NCBI GenBank assembly: GCA_963719085.1
Contig: CAVRAL010000004.1
Span: 1,056,001-1,120,000 of the forward strand
Length of the DNA: 64,000 nucleotides
Direction of reading: 5' to 3'
From: a candidate division FCPU426 bacterium
GTDB taxonomy: Bacteria > Oederibacteriota > Muellerivitia > Muellerivitales > Muellerivitaceae
Below the pieces are notes generated by a model. The model was not told where the DNA came from. It saw nothing but the letters and a program-made list of their open reading frames with translations, and made no database searches. Position 1 is the stretch's first letter, and each line of letters starts with the position of its first letter. The position numbers and the translations under genes were made by a program. Shown here piece by piece: positions 27,624 to 37,468 of this stretch.

Positions 27624-28447
27624 TCCCGTTTCATCGCTTCCAGCGCGGCGATCCGATCCTCGATCGGGGGATGGGTCATAAAAAGCGAGGATAGATTCCG
27701 CCCGGTGAAGGGACTCTCAATAAAGAGATGGGCCGAGGATTCGGAAACTTGGGTGGGATTCGCCTCAATCCCGCGGTGGATGCCTTTCAAGGCGGAGATC
27801 ATCTGGTCGGGCGTGGTGAGCTGGGCCCCGCCCTGGTCGGCGCCGAATTCCCGGGACCGGGAAATGGCCAGTTGGATGAGGCTGGCCGCCAAAGGCGCGA
27901 TCAACATCACGGCCAACATCGCGAGGGGGTTGCCTTCCCGGTCGTCCCGTCGGCCCCCGAAAAAGTAAAATAAATTGCAAAGCATCATGACGGCCCCGGC
28001 GAAGGTGGCCGCTACGCTCATGGTGAGGATGTCGCGGTTTTTGACATGGGTAAGCTCATGGCCCAAGACGGCTTTCAACTGATTTCGGTTGAGGGTTTGG
28101 AGTATCCCGGAAGTCACGCAAACGGCGGCATGCCCGGGATCGCGCCCGGTGGCGAAGGCGTTGGGGGAGTCATCTTCCATAATGTAAAGCTTGGGCATGG
28201 GCAGGCCCGCCTTTTGGGTCAATTCTTCCACCACGCCGTAAAGCTCGGGCGATTCCTGAGGGCTCACCGCCCGGGCCCGGTTGCCCGCCAAGACCATCGA
28301 GTCGGAAAAGAAGTACATAAAGAAGTTGCTGAGCGCGGCGATCATAAAGGCGACCACCATGCCCGATTGGCCCCCGACGAAGTAGCCCACCAGAAGCGCG
28401 AAAGTCATGAGCAGCATCATTAAAAGGAAGGTCTTAAAGTAATTCAT
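27620..28447 (-). CDS. htpX: Membrane zinc metalloprotease HtpX (M48)
   Basis: PNAFATGRDP, HELTH, ISRSREFGAD, LFMTHPP.EDRI. Confidence 0.96.
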   Translation of the reverse strand: MNYFKTFLLMMLLMTFALLVGYFVGGQSGMVVAFMIAALSNFFMYFFSDSMVLAGNRARAVSPQESPELYGVVEELTQKAGLPMPKLYIMEDDSPNAFATGRDPGHAAVCVTSGILQTLNRNQLKAVLGHELTHVKNRDILTMSVAATFAGAVMMLCNLFYFFGGRRDDREGNPLAMLAVMLIAPLAASLIQLAISRSREFGADQGGAQLTTPDQMISALKGIHRGIEANPTQVSESSAHLFIESPFTGRNLSSLFMTHPPIEDRIAALEAMKRD

Positions 28448-28645
28448 CAAAAAATCCCCCGGAAAAAGAGTTGGAACAACACCGCTAAACTTAGTCATCC
28501 GGGGGGGCCAAATCAAGCCGGGAATGAGGGCAAAAACGGGAAAAACCCTAAGAAAAGTGTTTTTGAGTGGTCACGGGAAAGCGGGCCTTTATGGTATGAT
28601 CACAGGCACTTGAAGCCGTCTTATCCCTTACTTTCGAGGTCTTCC

Positions 28646-29695
28646 ATGTTTGAACGTAAAAGTCTTCTGTTATGGATGTTGTTATTGGTTTTCGGCGTGA
28701 CGCCCAAAATTTCCTGGGGCCAGGTTCCAAACCCCGGACAAGCGGCCGCCGACTTCGCGGCACAGGCCCAAACGGACTTCCAAAATGTGTCGACTTTTAT
28801 CAACAACCAGTTCGCCCCAAACCTGGGTTTTTTTTCCACCTTGGGATGGAACACGCCGCCGACGGTTTTTAATTGGACCAGCGTGTCGGGTCCCCATATT
28901 GAGGTGGGCGCCGGTGTGGGCGCTGATTTTTTCAAAATTTCCAGCGCGCCCTTGACCCTCAACGTTTTGACGAACAGCTCCGAAAGCAATCCGGGCCAAG
29001 AACTTAATAACGCGATCCAGGGTGTGGGACTCCCGGGCCTTCCGGTCCCTTATCCTTTCGCCACCATCCGGCTCGGCCTTTTCGAGGGATTGGATATCGG
29101 CTTTCGCTATACCGAAATTCCAAGTGTGGCCGTCAACACCTCCACCTATAACGTGACGGCCCATTACACCGGTTATGGGTTTGATTTAAGGTACAAGCTG
29201 ATCCAAGGGCATGACCTGCCCAACTTGACGATGGGGGTTCATTGGAACACGCTCAACGGCAACATCTCTTTGGGGGCTTCCGCCAACCAAACTTCCACCT
29301 ATACGGATTCGGGATCGACTTACGACGTAAATGTCGCCGGGAACGCCATTTACGATGAATCTTGGAAGATCAACGACTTTGGGCCTGAATTGACGATGGG
29401 TTATAACTTGCTCGGTATTCTTTATCCTTACGCCGGAATTGGATTTGAGCGTTATTCCGGAAGTGTCTCGGCGAACCTTCAGGGAAGCGTGACGGTTACG
29501 GCCTCCACCCGGCCGCCAGATCCACCTGGATCGAGCCAAGCCAATGTCCCGATGAATTACGTCAACACGCAAGCGCCGGCTACCACGGAAGTTCATTATC
29601 TCGTCGGGGTGGATATCCTGTCCTTCTGGAGCGTGGTGGGCGAGGCCAATGGTCCGGCGGAGTCGCTGAATACCAGTTTCCGGATGCAGTTTTAA
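28646..29695 (+). CDS. Exported protein, probable outer-membrane beta-barrel (DUF6588-like)
   Basis: Signal peptide, alternating amphipathic strands (GLDIGFRY, GYGFDLRYKL, YPYAGIGFE), C-terminal Phe (SFRMQF). Confidence 0.6.
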   Translation: MFERKSLLLWMLLLVFGVTPKISWGQVPNPGQAAADFAAQAQTDFQNVSTFINNQFAPNLGFFSTLGWNTPPTVFNWTSVSGPHIEVGAGVGADFFKISSAPLTLNVLTNSSESNPGQELNNAIQGVGLPGLPVPYPFATIRLGLFEGLDIGFRYTEIPSVAVNTSTYNVTAHYTGYGFDLRYKLIQGHDLPNLTMGVHWNTLNGNISLGASANQTSTYTDSGSTYDVNVAGNAIYDESWKINDFGPELTMGYNLLGILYPYAGIGFERYSGSVSANLQGSVTVTASTRPPDPPGSSQANVPMNYVNTQAPATTEVHYLVGVDILSFWSVVGEANGPAESLNTSFRMQF

Positions 29696-29731
29696 CCGTT
29701 TCGGGCCTCGGGGTCAAAAAAGTGAGCGCCG

Positions 29732-29944
29732 ATGGGAACGACTAAGAAAATCAACCGTATCTCTTATGTCGATCAAAATGAGTGCACGGGATGCGAAGCC
29801 TGCGTGATTACCGCGCCGAAAGTTTTTCGCATGACGCCGACCGGACTTTCGGAAGTTTATGACCCCCAAGGCGATCGGGAGGACCTTATCCAGGAAGCCA
29901 TGGAAGGGTGTCCCGTTAACTGCATCCACTGGAAAAAACCATGA
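29732..29944 (+). CDS. Monocluster [4Fe-4S] ferredoxin
   Basis: CTGCEAC...APKVF...CPVNCIHW. Confidence 0.92.
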   Translation: MGTTKKINRISYVDQNECTGCEACVITAPKVFRMTPTGLSEVYDPQGDREDLIQEAMEGCPVNCIHWKKP

Positions 29945-30411
29945 CCGAATCCCAACAACCCATGCGCACCGGGTGGATGGAAAAAAGGCAGCAAGAACGC
30001 ATTGACGCCAGCATCAAGGTGTCTTACCACTGGGTGCCTAAGGACGATTTGCTGGAGGTCATGAACCAGCCCGCTTACCGGGAATCCACCGCCGACCATT
30101 TGCCGGAACTTTCCAAAAAATCCAGCGTCATCCACGCCGTCACCCAGGACATCTCGGTGGGGGGGTTAAGTTTGGTGGGCCAGGAAGCTTTTCCGCTCAA
30201 CTCGGCTTTGGAAGTGCACCTTTATTTACCGGCTTATCCCAGCCCGGTCACGCTTTTGGCCGAGGTCATGCGTTCCAGCGTTTTGGCGGCCGGCGTGAAT
30301 GGGCAATCCCACCGGGCGGGCCTCAAGATTTTGGCCATCAACCGCAAGGACGTCATCCGCATCGAGAAGTTTTTACTGGAACAAAAACTTCGTCAGAAGC
30401 ATGGCCGCTAA
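29941..30411 (+). CDS. PilZ domain protein (c-di-GMP receptor)
   Basis: RQQER (RxxxR) and DISVGG (D/NxSxxG). Confidence 0.88.
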   Translation: MTESQQPMRTGWMEKRQQERIDASIKVSYHWVPKDDLLEVMNQPAYRESTADHLPELSKKSSVIHAVTQDISVGGLSLVGQEAFPLNSALEVHLYLPAYPSPVTLLAEVMRSSVLAAGVNGQSHRAGLKILAINRKDVIRIEKFLLEQKLRQKHGR

Positions 30412-31285
30412 CCCGCCTTCCTCATTTAAGATCATTTCCACTGAAAAAGCCGCCGGCTATAAGATCGCGGGCCATCCCGAGCATCCCATGCGGGTGCTCA
30501 AAACACTCGAACATTTAAAAAAGCGGCTTCCCGCCTCAAGCTTTGAGGAGCCGCTTGCCGCGTCCTTGGAATCGGTTCAAAGGGTCCATGGGCCTGATTT
30601 AATCGCGGCGGTCTCCCGGGAAGCTTTTTTGGATCCGGACACTCCGGGAGCGCCCGGAATCTTCGCTTGCAGCCTGCTCGCGGCGGGGGCGGCCGCGCAG
30701 GCGGCCCGGGAAAGCCTGAACGGCGCGCCTGTTTTTTCCTTGATGCGCCCGCCGGGCCACCACGCCGCGCCCGGCCAAGGCATGGGTTTTTGCTATTTCA
30801 ACTCGATGGCCATCGCCATTCAAGACTTGGTTCATTCGGGGATGGCGCGCAAAATCGCCGTATTGGATCTGGATTGCCACCACGGCAACGGGACCGAGGC
30901 TTTTTGTTCGGGGAAAAACGAGTTTCTTTATGTATCCTTGCACCAGTTTCCGGCTTATCCGGGAACGGGATTAAAATCCTCGGGCAATTGCCTCAATTAT
31001 CCCTTGCCGCCGGGAACCCGCGCGGTGGATTATTTTGGCGTCTTGGAAAAGGCCATGGCGAAGATCCGCGATTTTAAACCGGACCTGATCGGCCTTTCCA
31101 TGGGGTTCGACACTTACGAGAAAGACCCCCTGACCCAATTCGGCTTAAAAAAAGACGATTATGAAAGCTTGGGACAAAAGATGAGGGAATTCCGCCTTCC
31201 CCAATTCGCCTTGTTGGAGGGCGGTTATCACAGCGACCTGCCTGAGTTGGTGGAATCTTTTCTGACCGGATGGGAGAGGGTATGA
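30401..31285 (+). CDS. Histone deacetylase family (Zn-dependent amidohydrolase)
   Basis: HPE.P.R, RPPGHHA, GFCYFN, DLDCHHGNGT, SLHQ.P.YPGTG, GFD, LEGGY. Confidence 0.95.
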   Translation: MAANPPSSFKIISTEKAAGYKIAGHPEHPMRVLKTLEHLKKRLPASSFEEPLAASLESVQRVHGPDLIAAVSREAFLDPDTPGAPGIFACSLLAAGAAAQAARESLNGAPVFSLMRPPGHHAAPGQGMGFCYFNSMAIAIQDLVHSGMARKIAVLDLDCHHGNGTEAFCSGKNEFLYVSLHQFPAYPGTGLKSSGNCLNYPLPPGTRAVDYFGVLEKAMAKIRDFKPDLIGLSMGFDTYEKDPLTQFGLKKDDYESLGQKMREFRLPQFALLEGGYHSDLPELVESFLTGWERV

Positions 31286-32346
31286 GCGCGAAATGGACGA
31301 CGGATCAGGTCAATTACTTGAATATCGCCTTGATGGTTTTGGCCGCGGGGTTGGCTTTTCGGTTTCCTTTCGAACTGTTCCTGTTTTCCTACACGGTGTT
31401 GGGGCCCCTGCATTACTTGAGCGAAATTTCATGGCTGAAGGACCGCAATTATTACACCCAGGGAAAATACGATTACTTAGTTCTGGTTCTGGCGGGGGCC
31501 TTGGTGACGATATTAACCTTTCATTTTTTCGGCCCCTCACCCAAGCGATTGGCGGAGTTCGTGACCTGCGCGGTTTTTTTGGCGGCTTTTAGCTTCGCTT
31601 TTTTCAAGAAGCCTTTCACCCGCTTGGGCGCCTTGTTCCCGGTTTTGGGCCTGTCCGCGCTTTTGTCCCTGGGTTCTTTTTTTGTCCCGCTGTTCGGCGT
31701 TTTTTTACCCACCCTGATCCATGTCTTTATCTTTACGGGATTATTTTTACTGGCGGGCGCTTTGAGGGGGAAAAGCTTTTCGGGTTTTTTGTCCCTGGGT
31801 GTTTTTTTGAGTTTGGCCGCGGTTCTTCTTTTTTTCCATACCGGGGTGGGCCATTCCCCAGTTAGCGCCTATGCCCGGGATAATTATGGCACTTTTAACC
31901 CCGATGGCACGCCGACCAACCCCTTTATCGGGCTTAATTTCGTCACCCTTGAAGCCCTGGGGTTCCATCAGTTCGGAAGCCCCTCGGGGTCTCTGAGTGA
32001 CTTTATTGATTCCATTAACGCTTATCTTTACCACGACCCGGTGGCCTTGGCGCTCATGGCCTTTATCGCTTACGCCTATACCTACCACTATCTCAACTGG
32101 TTTTCCAAAACCTCCATCATCCGGTGGCATGAGGTGTCCCGCGCCCGGCTCGGATGGATTTTGGGGATTTGGGCCGCGTCTTTGGCGCTTTCGGCGTGGA
32201 ATTATCAAACGGGATTTCGCTGGCTCTTTTTCCTGAGTTTCACCCACGTGCTTTTGGAATTTCCCTTGAATCATTTGACTTGGGTGGGGATCGGAAAGCA
32301 AATTCGAAACGGCGTTTCGCCCGAGGCGGGGTCCGAAGCCGGATAA
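31282..32346 (+). CDS. Hypothetical polytopic membrane protein with His-containing motifs
   Basis: Multiple TM segments; GPLHYLSEISWL, PTLIHVF, YTYHYLNWF, HVLLEFPLNH. Confidence 0.75.
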   Translation: MSAKWTTDQVNYLNIALMVLAAGLAFRFPFELFLFSYTVLGPLHYLSEISWLKDRNYYTQGKYDYLVLVLAGALVTILTFHFFGPSPKRLAEFVTCAVFLAAFSFAFFKKPFTRLGALFPVLGLSALLSLGSFFVPLFGVFLPTLIHVFIFTGLFLLAGALRGKSFSGFLSLGVFLSLAAVLLFFHTGVGHSPVSAYARDNYGTFNPDGTPTNPFIGLNFVTLEALGFHQFGSPSGSLSDFIDSINAYLYHDPVALALMAFIAYAYTYHYLNWFSKTSIIRWHEVSRARLGWILGIWAASLALSAWNYQTGFRWLFFLSFTHVLLEFPLNHLTWVGIGKQIRNGVSPEAGSEAG

Positions 32347-32352
32347 CCCGCT

Positions 32353-33168
32353 TTATCGTTTCGCGTTAGCCGTCACCCAGCGCTTTTCGTCTTTTCCCGC
32401 CCATAAGGTTTTGAAAATTTGCGAATGCACCAAGCCGTTGCTGGCCAAGGCGTTTTGAGCCAAAAGATCGAAGGGTTTTCCCGAGATGTCGGTGACCTTT
32501 CCCCCGGCTTCCAACACCAGCAAAACCCCGGCCGCCATGTCCCAGGCCTGGATGCCTCTTTCCCAAAAACCCTCGAAGCGCCCGGCCGCCACATAGGCCA
32601 GGTTCATGGCCGCGGAGCCGTCCCGGCGGACGCCCTGAGATTTCAACACGAAATTTTGGAAATTCTCGAAGTTATAAAGCGTCTTTAAAACCCCATAGGC
32701 GAAGCCGGTACACAGCAGGCTTTTTTGCAAGGTCCCGACTTTGGAAACCCGAAGCCGGCGCCCGTTTAAAAAGGCGCCCTTGTTTTTTTCGGCGGTAAAG
32801 CACTCATCCCGCAGGGAATCGTAAATGACCCCGGCCAGCAATTGTCCGTCCTTGACGAGGGCGATGGAAACGCAAAAAAAAGGATAGGCGTGGGCGTAAT
32901 TGGTGGTGCCGTCCAAGGGGTCCACGATCCAGGTGTAATTGGCGTCGTCCAGCTGTCCCCCGGTTTCCTCACCCCAAAAGGTGTGGGTGGGGAAGTTCTT
33001 TTTTAAAAGGTCGAAGATGATTTTTTCACATCGGCCGTCCACTTCGGTGACCAGGTTCAATTGATTGCCCGACTTGAACCGGATGTCCCGGACCTTGCCG
33101 TAATAGCGTTTGTGGATTTTTCCGGCGGCCTTGGCGGCCTTGACGGCGGCGGTTAAAAAAGCGCTCAT
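32353..33168 (-). CDS. suhB: Inositol monophosphatase family (SuhB)
   Basis: LVTEVD, GEE, WIVDPLDGTTNY, RRDGSAA, WDMAAG. Confidence 0.94.
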   Translation of the reverse strand: MSAFLTAAVKAAKAAGKIHKRYYGKVRDIRFKSGNQLNLVTEVDGRCEKIIFDLLKKNFPTHTFWGEETGGQLDDANYTWIVDPLDGTTNYAHAYPFFCVSIALVKDGQLLAGVIYDSLRDECFTAEKNKGAFLNGRRLRVSKVGTLQKSLLCTGFAYGVLKTLYNFENFQNFVLKSQGVRRDGSAAMNLAYVAAGRFEGFWERGIQAWDMAAGVLLVLEAGGKVTDISGKPFDLLAQNALASNGLVHSQIFKTLWAGKDEKRWVTANAKR

Positions 33169-33313
33169 GATTTCCCCTTGAAAAGAAGTTCGGGGATTCT
33201 AGCAGAAGAAAGGCCCGGCTGGGGGGGCCTTGACCGCGCTTGGAGCTCTTCTTACTAGTGATCCCAAGACAAGGGCGGAAAATTCCGTCCGGAAACAACG
33301 ATGGAGGAAAAAA

Positions 33314-33730
33314 ATGACATTTGGAAAATTGGTAAGTGGGCGTTTGGCGAACGATCTTTTAAACGAACGTAATTTTTGGGATTGGGCCGAGGGACGCACG
33401 CAGCTATTGCCGGCTGTCGATGTGGAGGAATCGGAGAACGACTATGTTTTTAGGGCCGAAATTCCGGGCCTGAAGAAGGAAGACGTCAAGATATCACTGG
33501 TGGACAACGTGCTGACGCTCGCGGGCGAGAAAAAAGCCGAGGAACGCCGGCAAGATAGGACCTATCACCGAGTGGAAAGGACTTCGGGTTCCTTCCGCAG
33601 GACCTATTCGATTTCCAAGCCTATCCAGGCCGATAAGATTTCGGCCCAATATAAGGACGGGGTTTTGGAAATCACGGTGCCCAAGGCCGAGGAAGCTAAG
33701 CCGCGGGAAATCGAGATCAAGGTTCAATAA
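33314..33730 (+). CDS. Hsp20 / alpha-crystallin small heat-shock protein
   Basis: PAVDVEE, AEIPGL, ERTSGSFRR, AQYKDGVLEITVPK; GGAGG RBS. Confidence 0.96.
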   Translation: MTFGKLVSGRLANDLLNERNFWDWAEGRTQLLPAVDVEESENDYVFRAEIPGLKKEDVKISLVDNVLTLAGEKKAEERRQDRTYHRVERTSGSFRRTYSISKPIQADKISAQYKDGVLEITVPKAEEAKPREIEIKVQ

Positions 33731-33741
33731 AAGCCCTTTTG

Positions 33742-33776
33742 AAAAGCCCCCCGGCGAAGCGCCGGGGGGCTTTTTT
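33742..33776 (+). terminator. Rho-independent terminator
   Basis: AAAAGCCCCCCGGCG-aag-CGCCGGGGGGCTTTTTT. Confidence 0.93.
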
Positions 33777-33945
33777 GTTTCGGACGGCCTTCAGTCACCC
33801 CACAATGGGCCGCGCCGGTGTTTATTTTAAGAAAAACTCTTTGCGGCTTTCCTGGAAAGCGATAGGCTGGGCCCAGTCCCGGTAGGTGCGTGGGATGGAT
33901 CCCGGGACGGTCTGTCCGGGAAATAATTTTAAAAGGGAAAGCGCG

Positions 33946-34671
33946 ATGAGTTTATTGGTTCTATACAGCCTGCTGGTGGTCTTGACGGCTTGGGGCGGGG
34001 CGAGCGTGCCTTTCTTTTTTCACCGGAAGTCCAAAAACCATCCCTTTCTTCGGTTCTTTATCAGCTTCGGCGCCGGCATCATGCTGGGCGCGGCCTTTTT
34101 GCATCTTTTGCCCGACGCCTTTCAGCTGGCGGGCGCTTCGACCGGTTTTTGGGTTTTGGGCGGGTTTTTATTATTGTTTTTTTTAGAGTCCTTCAGTTTT
34201 TCCCACCCCTGCGAGGACGACGAGCACGATTATCATTCCCTGGGCTGGGTCGCCATGCTGGGTTTAAGCCTTCATAATTTGGTGAACGGCGTGGCTTTGG
34301 GATCGGGTTCCCGGATCGCGGCGGTGGGTTGGGTGGTTTTCATCGCCACCGTGGCCCACAAAGCGCCTGAGTTTTTCTCGCTCTCCAGCATTCTGTTGGC
34401 GGGCAAAAGATCCGCTCGAAGGGTCATTCCCATGGTGCTTTTTGTCTCGCTCATGATCCCCACGGGGGCGCTTCTTTCCGGATTTTTACTTTCCCAGAGC
34501 AGTCAATATGTTTTGGGCTGCGCTTTAGGATTCTCGTCCGGAACCTTTATCCATTTGGCGGTGGTGGATCTGGCCCCCGAAATGCGCCGTCAAGAACAAG
34601 GACGCCTTTACCATTTCGCCGCGTTTCTTTTCGGCGTGGCATTGATGGCGCTGGCGACCCGCTGGGAATGA
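33946..34671 (+). CDS. ZIP family divalent metal transporter
   Basis: FGAGIMLGAAFLHLLPDA, His-rich loop, HNLVNG, HKAPE, GTFIH...DLAPE. Confidence 0.93.
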   Translation: MSLLVLYSLLVVLTAWGGASVPFFFHRKSKNHPFLRFFISFGAGIMLGAAFLHLLPDAFQLAGASTGFWVLGGFLLLFFLESFSFSHPCEDDEHDYHSLGWVAMLGLSLHNLVNGVALGSGSRIAAVGWVVFIATVAHKAPEFFSLSSILLAGKRSARRVIPMVLFVSLMIPTGALLSGFLLSQSSQYVLGCALGFSSGTFIHLAVVDLAPEMRRQEQGRLYHFAAFLFGVALMALATRWE

Positions 34672-34805
34672 TATTCCATGGCTTCATCGTTAAATAGCTT
34701 TGATTTCAGGGCTCAAAACGTTTCCAAGTTGCAGGAGCCTAGGGCGGCTGATACAATGCCGGGGCTCTGCGTTAAATAGAAAATTTCAATCATCGGGACT
34801 TGGAA

Positions 34806-35564
34806 ATGCGTGTTTTTTTATGGATTTTAGGCATTCTTGCGGCCTTGGCCCTGATCTACGTTCTGTTTGTTGGATTGGGATTAAGCCATATTTTTAAATC
34901 CCATAAACAACTCAAAAAAATCCAAGTTTTGAATGATTTTGAATATCCGGACACCGATTTGGATTGGACCACGGGCGGTTATGTGACCTTGGAAAGTTCC
35001 ACCGAGAACCAAACCCACGGAAAACGGTCCCTGGAAGCCACCTACTTACTCCCGTCGGAATTCATGACAATGCCGACCCCGATGCCCACGGCCGTGCCGC
35101 CTCCAGTGGCCGCTTCGAATCCCAGCGGCAAAACCAAAAAGAAAGCCCTGTCCGCGCCGACACCCACACCTGAGGAGGACTTGGAACCCACCGCCACACC
35201 CGTGAATTGGCTGCCCACGATTACCTTAAGCACGGATTCAGTGACCAAAATCCCGCTTTATGATTGGACTGGATTTACCACCCTAAATATTGACGCTTTC
35301 AATCCCCAGGATAAGCCGGTGACCTATCATTTGGCCGTGGCCGATGGCAGGTCCTTTCAATACGAGACTTCCGGTGAGTTGACCCCGAAGAAAGTCACCA
35401 ATGTGTCGGTGAACTTGAGTGATCTGCTTCAAGCCCGGTTGGACTTGTCCGCGATTAGGTCCTTGAGCTTGGCGGTGGATACCCAAGGCAACAGCCTGCC
35501 GGTTCAAGTTTATTGGGATTACCTGCGCCTGGAAGAAGTGCTTCAGCCCCCCGCCAAGAAATAA
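34806..35564 (+). CDS. Membrane-anchored protein with a galactose-binding/CBM-like domain split by a Pro/Thr-rich insert
   Basis: N-terminal TM; LNDFE...THGKRSL; DWTGFTTLNIDAFNP; LDLSAIRSL; VYWDYLRLE. Confidence 0.6.
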   Translation: MRVFLWILGILAALALIYVLFVGLGLSHIFKSHKQLKKIQVLNDFEYPDTDLDWTTGGYVTLESSTENQTHGKRSLEATYLLPSEFMTMPTPMPTAVPPPVAASNPSGKTKKKALSAPTPTPEEDLEPTATPVNWLPTITLSTDSVTKIPLYDWTGFTTLNIDAFNPQDKPVTYHLAVADGRSFQYETSGELTPKKVTNVSVNLSDLLQARLDLSAIRSLSLAVDTQGNSLPVQVYWDYLRLEEVLQPPAKK

Positions 35565-35730
35565 TTTTTTGACACTATGTCTTTCACAAAGCGGCCAAGA
35601 GCCCTCTTTATGAAACAATGATAAATGCCGATGAAGACTGATGTTGGAAACACGAAAATCGGAATTTATCAGCCTCGATCAATGTTTCAATAGGTCTTAT
35701 TTTTCGAAGTGAATCATTCGGTTATTTGTT

Positions 35731-37215
35731 TTAGAGAAAAAAAGTTCCCGAAAGCTCAAACCCGTTTTGGCTGGTGTCCGGGCTGGAAGCGTCGTTTAAA
35801 GGGAATACCTCGCCCAAAAGAAGTTTGGCGTCTAATAAAAGATTGTCTTCCCTTAAGCCCACTCCGCCGACTACGCTGGACGTCAGTGTTTGAAGGCGGG
35901 CGCCAAAACGTTCCTCGTCAATCTCGTTTAATATCCCGATGCGGATCGCCCACTCGGGGGCGATCCATTTTTCCCCGCCAAGGGCGATTTGGTAGCTGTC
36001 CAAATTTGGATCCGCTTGGCCGTCGGCGCCGGAATCCTGCGGATTGAAAGACCCGCCCAAATTATTTTGGGACCGAAACTGCAGGCCCACCAGGTAGTCT
36101 TCGGGCGCTTCTAAGCCAACTCCAACGGCGGTTTGAATCTGTTGATATTGGTCCGTTTCTAAAGGGGCCCCGCCGGGTTGAAATAATTTTTCGGTTAAAA
36201 ACCCGCAGGTCGCGGCCGCGCCTATTTTTAAATCCACGTCGCTTAAATGAATCCTTATTTTCGCCGCTCCCGTGAAGGTCGCGCCTTCGTCGTTCGATAA
36301 AAGATAATCCGGCTGGGTCTGGAAATCCGGGGACGAGGAAGGGACGGTTTGCGCGAAGCGAGTTTGCAGGCCGCTGGAGGAGGCGCTGAAACGAAGTTGA
36401 AGCGATTGGGGAATTTCGTAATAAACCTCGGCGGTTCCACTCGCTTGGCTGAGATGGTAAAGCCGTTGAAGCGGAAAAGGGCTTTGGCTGGGATAAAAAA
36501 CCGAAAGCGTTTGGGTTTGAGTATCGGGAGCCAGGTCCGTCTCAAAAAAACCGCCTAACTGCCAATGGGGGGAGAGCGGGGAATCGCCTTCAACCCCATG
36601 CGCCACGATCCCGGTTTTGAGCGTCCATTGGTTTTCGTTTGTGGTGCCGGATAAAACATTCACATCATTGTTAAAAGCCCCGGGCGCGAAAGTTTGATCG
36701 ATTTGCTGATCGCTGGTTTCAACTCCGAAGGCCAAGGCTCCCCAGTTCACCGCGGTTCGAAAAAGGCCAAAAGCGTCCGCCTGGTTGTATTGGTCGAGCT
36801 GCGAAAAAGCGGGTTGGTCGCGGGGATTGTCCAGGCCGCCCGTCGCTTGAACCGCCCATTGGGGGCTTAAAAAACCAAGCCAGCCTTGGTAACCGATATC
36901 CTTATTTTTCGTCCGGGGAAAGGTGCTCAGGATTTGTTCTTGACGGCCGCCATTCAAGGCGGGCGGCGGAAAAGGCGAATCAGCCCACTGGCCCGAAAGG
37001 TCCAGGCGGTTTTGGGGGGGTAAAAGGACCAAAGCGGCGGGGTTTCCATCCAAAAACAGGTTTAAATCGGCGGTTTCATCCGTGACGATAGTGGTCAAGC
37101 CCCCCATGGCGTCCACCCGGGTTTCGGAAGCGCCGCCGCGGGAGGGCGCGGCGAAGCCACAGGCCATCGAGAGGAAGACACTGATAACCCATAGGACCGC
37201 GCGGGGGTGTTTCAT
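35731..37215 (-). CDS. Probable outer-membrane beta-barrel protein (FadL/PorV-like N-terminal motif)
   Basis: Signal peptide; RVDAMGG...NPAAL plug-like motif; amphipathic strands; ends FELSGTFFL. Confidence 0.6.
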   Translation of the reverse strand: MKHPRAVLWVISVFLSMACGFAAPSRGGASETRVDAMGGLTTIVTDETADLNLFLDGNPAALVLLPPQNRLDLSGQWADSPFPPPALNGGRQEQILSTFPRTKNKDIGYQGWLGFLSPQWAVQATGGLDNPRDQPAFSQLDQYNQADAFGLFRTAVNWGALAFGVETSDQQIDQTFAPGAFNNDVNVLSGTTNENQWTLKTGIVAHGVEGDSPLSPHWQLGGFFETDLAPDTQTQTLSVFYPSQSPFPLQRLYHLSQASGTAEVYYEIPQSLQLRFSASSSGLQTRFAQTVPSSSPDFQTQPDYLLSNDEGATFTGAAKIRIHLSDVDLKIGAAATCGFLTEKLFQPGGAPLETDQYQQIQTAVGVGLEAPEDYLVGLQFRSQNNLGGSFNPQDSGADGQADPNLDSYQIALGGEKWIAPEWAIRIGILNEIDEERFGARLQTLTSSVVGGVGLREDNLLLDAKLLLGEVFPLNDASSPDTSQNGFELSGTFFL

Positions 37216-37468
37216 GGCAGGCTCCCAAAAATCCGGATGTCGGGCGGAAGTATAGCAGACCGGATGCTGGTTGCTCCCGCCCAAAAATCGGTTAAAATAT
37301 TTGAAAAGGCCTTAAGCGGTTGAACCCCGGATGATGGGGCCTTAATTCCAGTCGCGATTATTTTGGACTGCCTCCCAAAATCCGCGTGTATCAATATTGA
37401 GAATCCAAAGCCGATAACCCAGAACCCGTCCCCGGCGGGTTTTCTGTTGAGCGCATTTGAAGGAACCC

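Noticed and set aside
35638..35658. Hammerhead ribozyme core (CTGATG...GAAA)
   Set aside because: Lacks the CUGANGA consensus and a credible three-stem arrangement.
37410..37446. Riboswitch or attenuator upstream of the rlmD fusion
   Set aside because: Only an imperfect hairpin (AGAACCCG...CGGGTTTTCT); no recognisable aptamer consensus.
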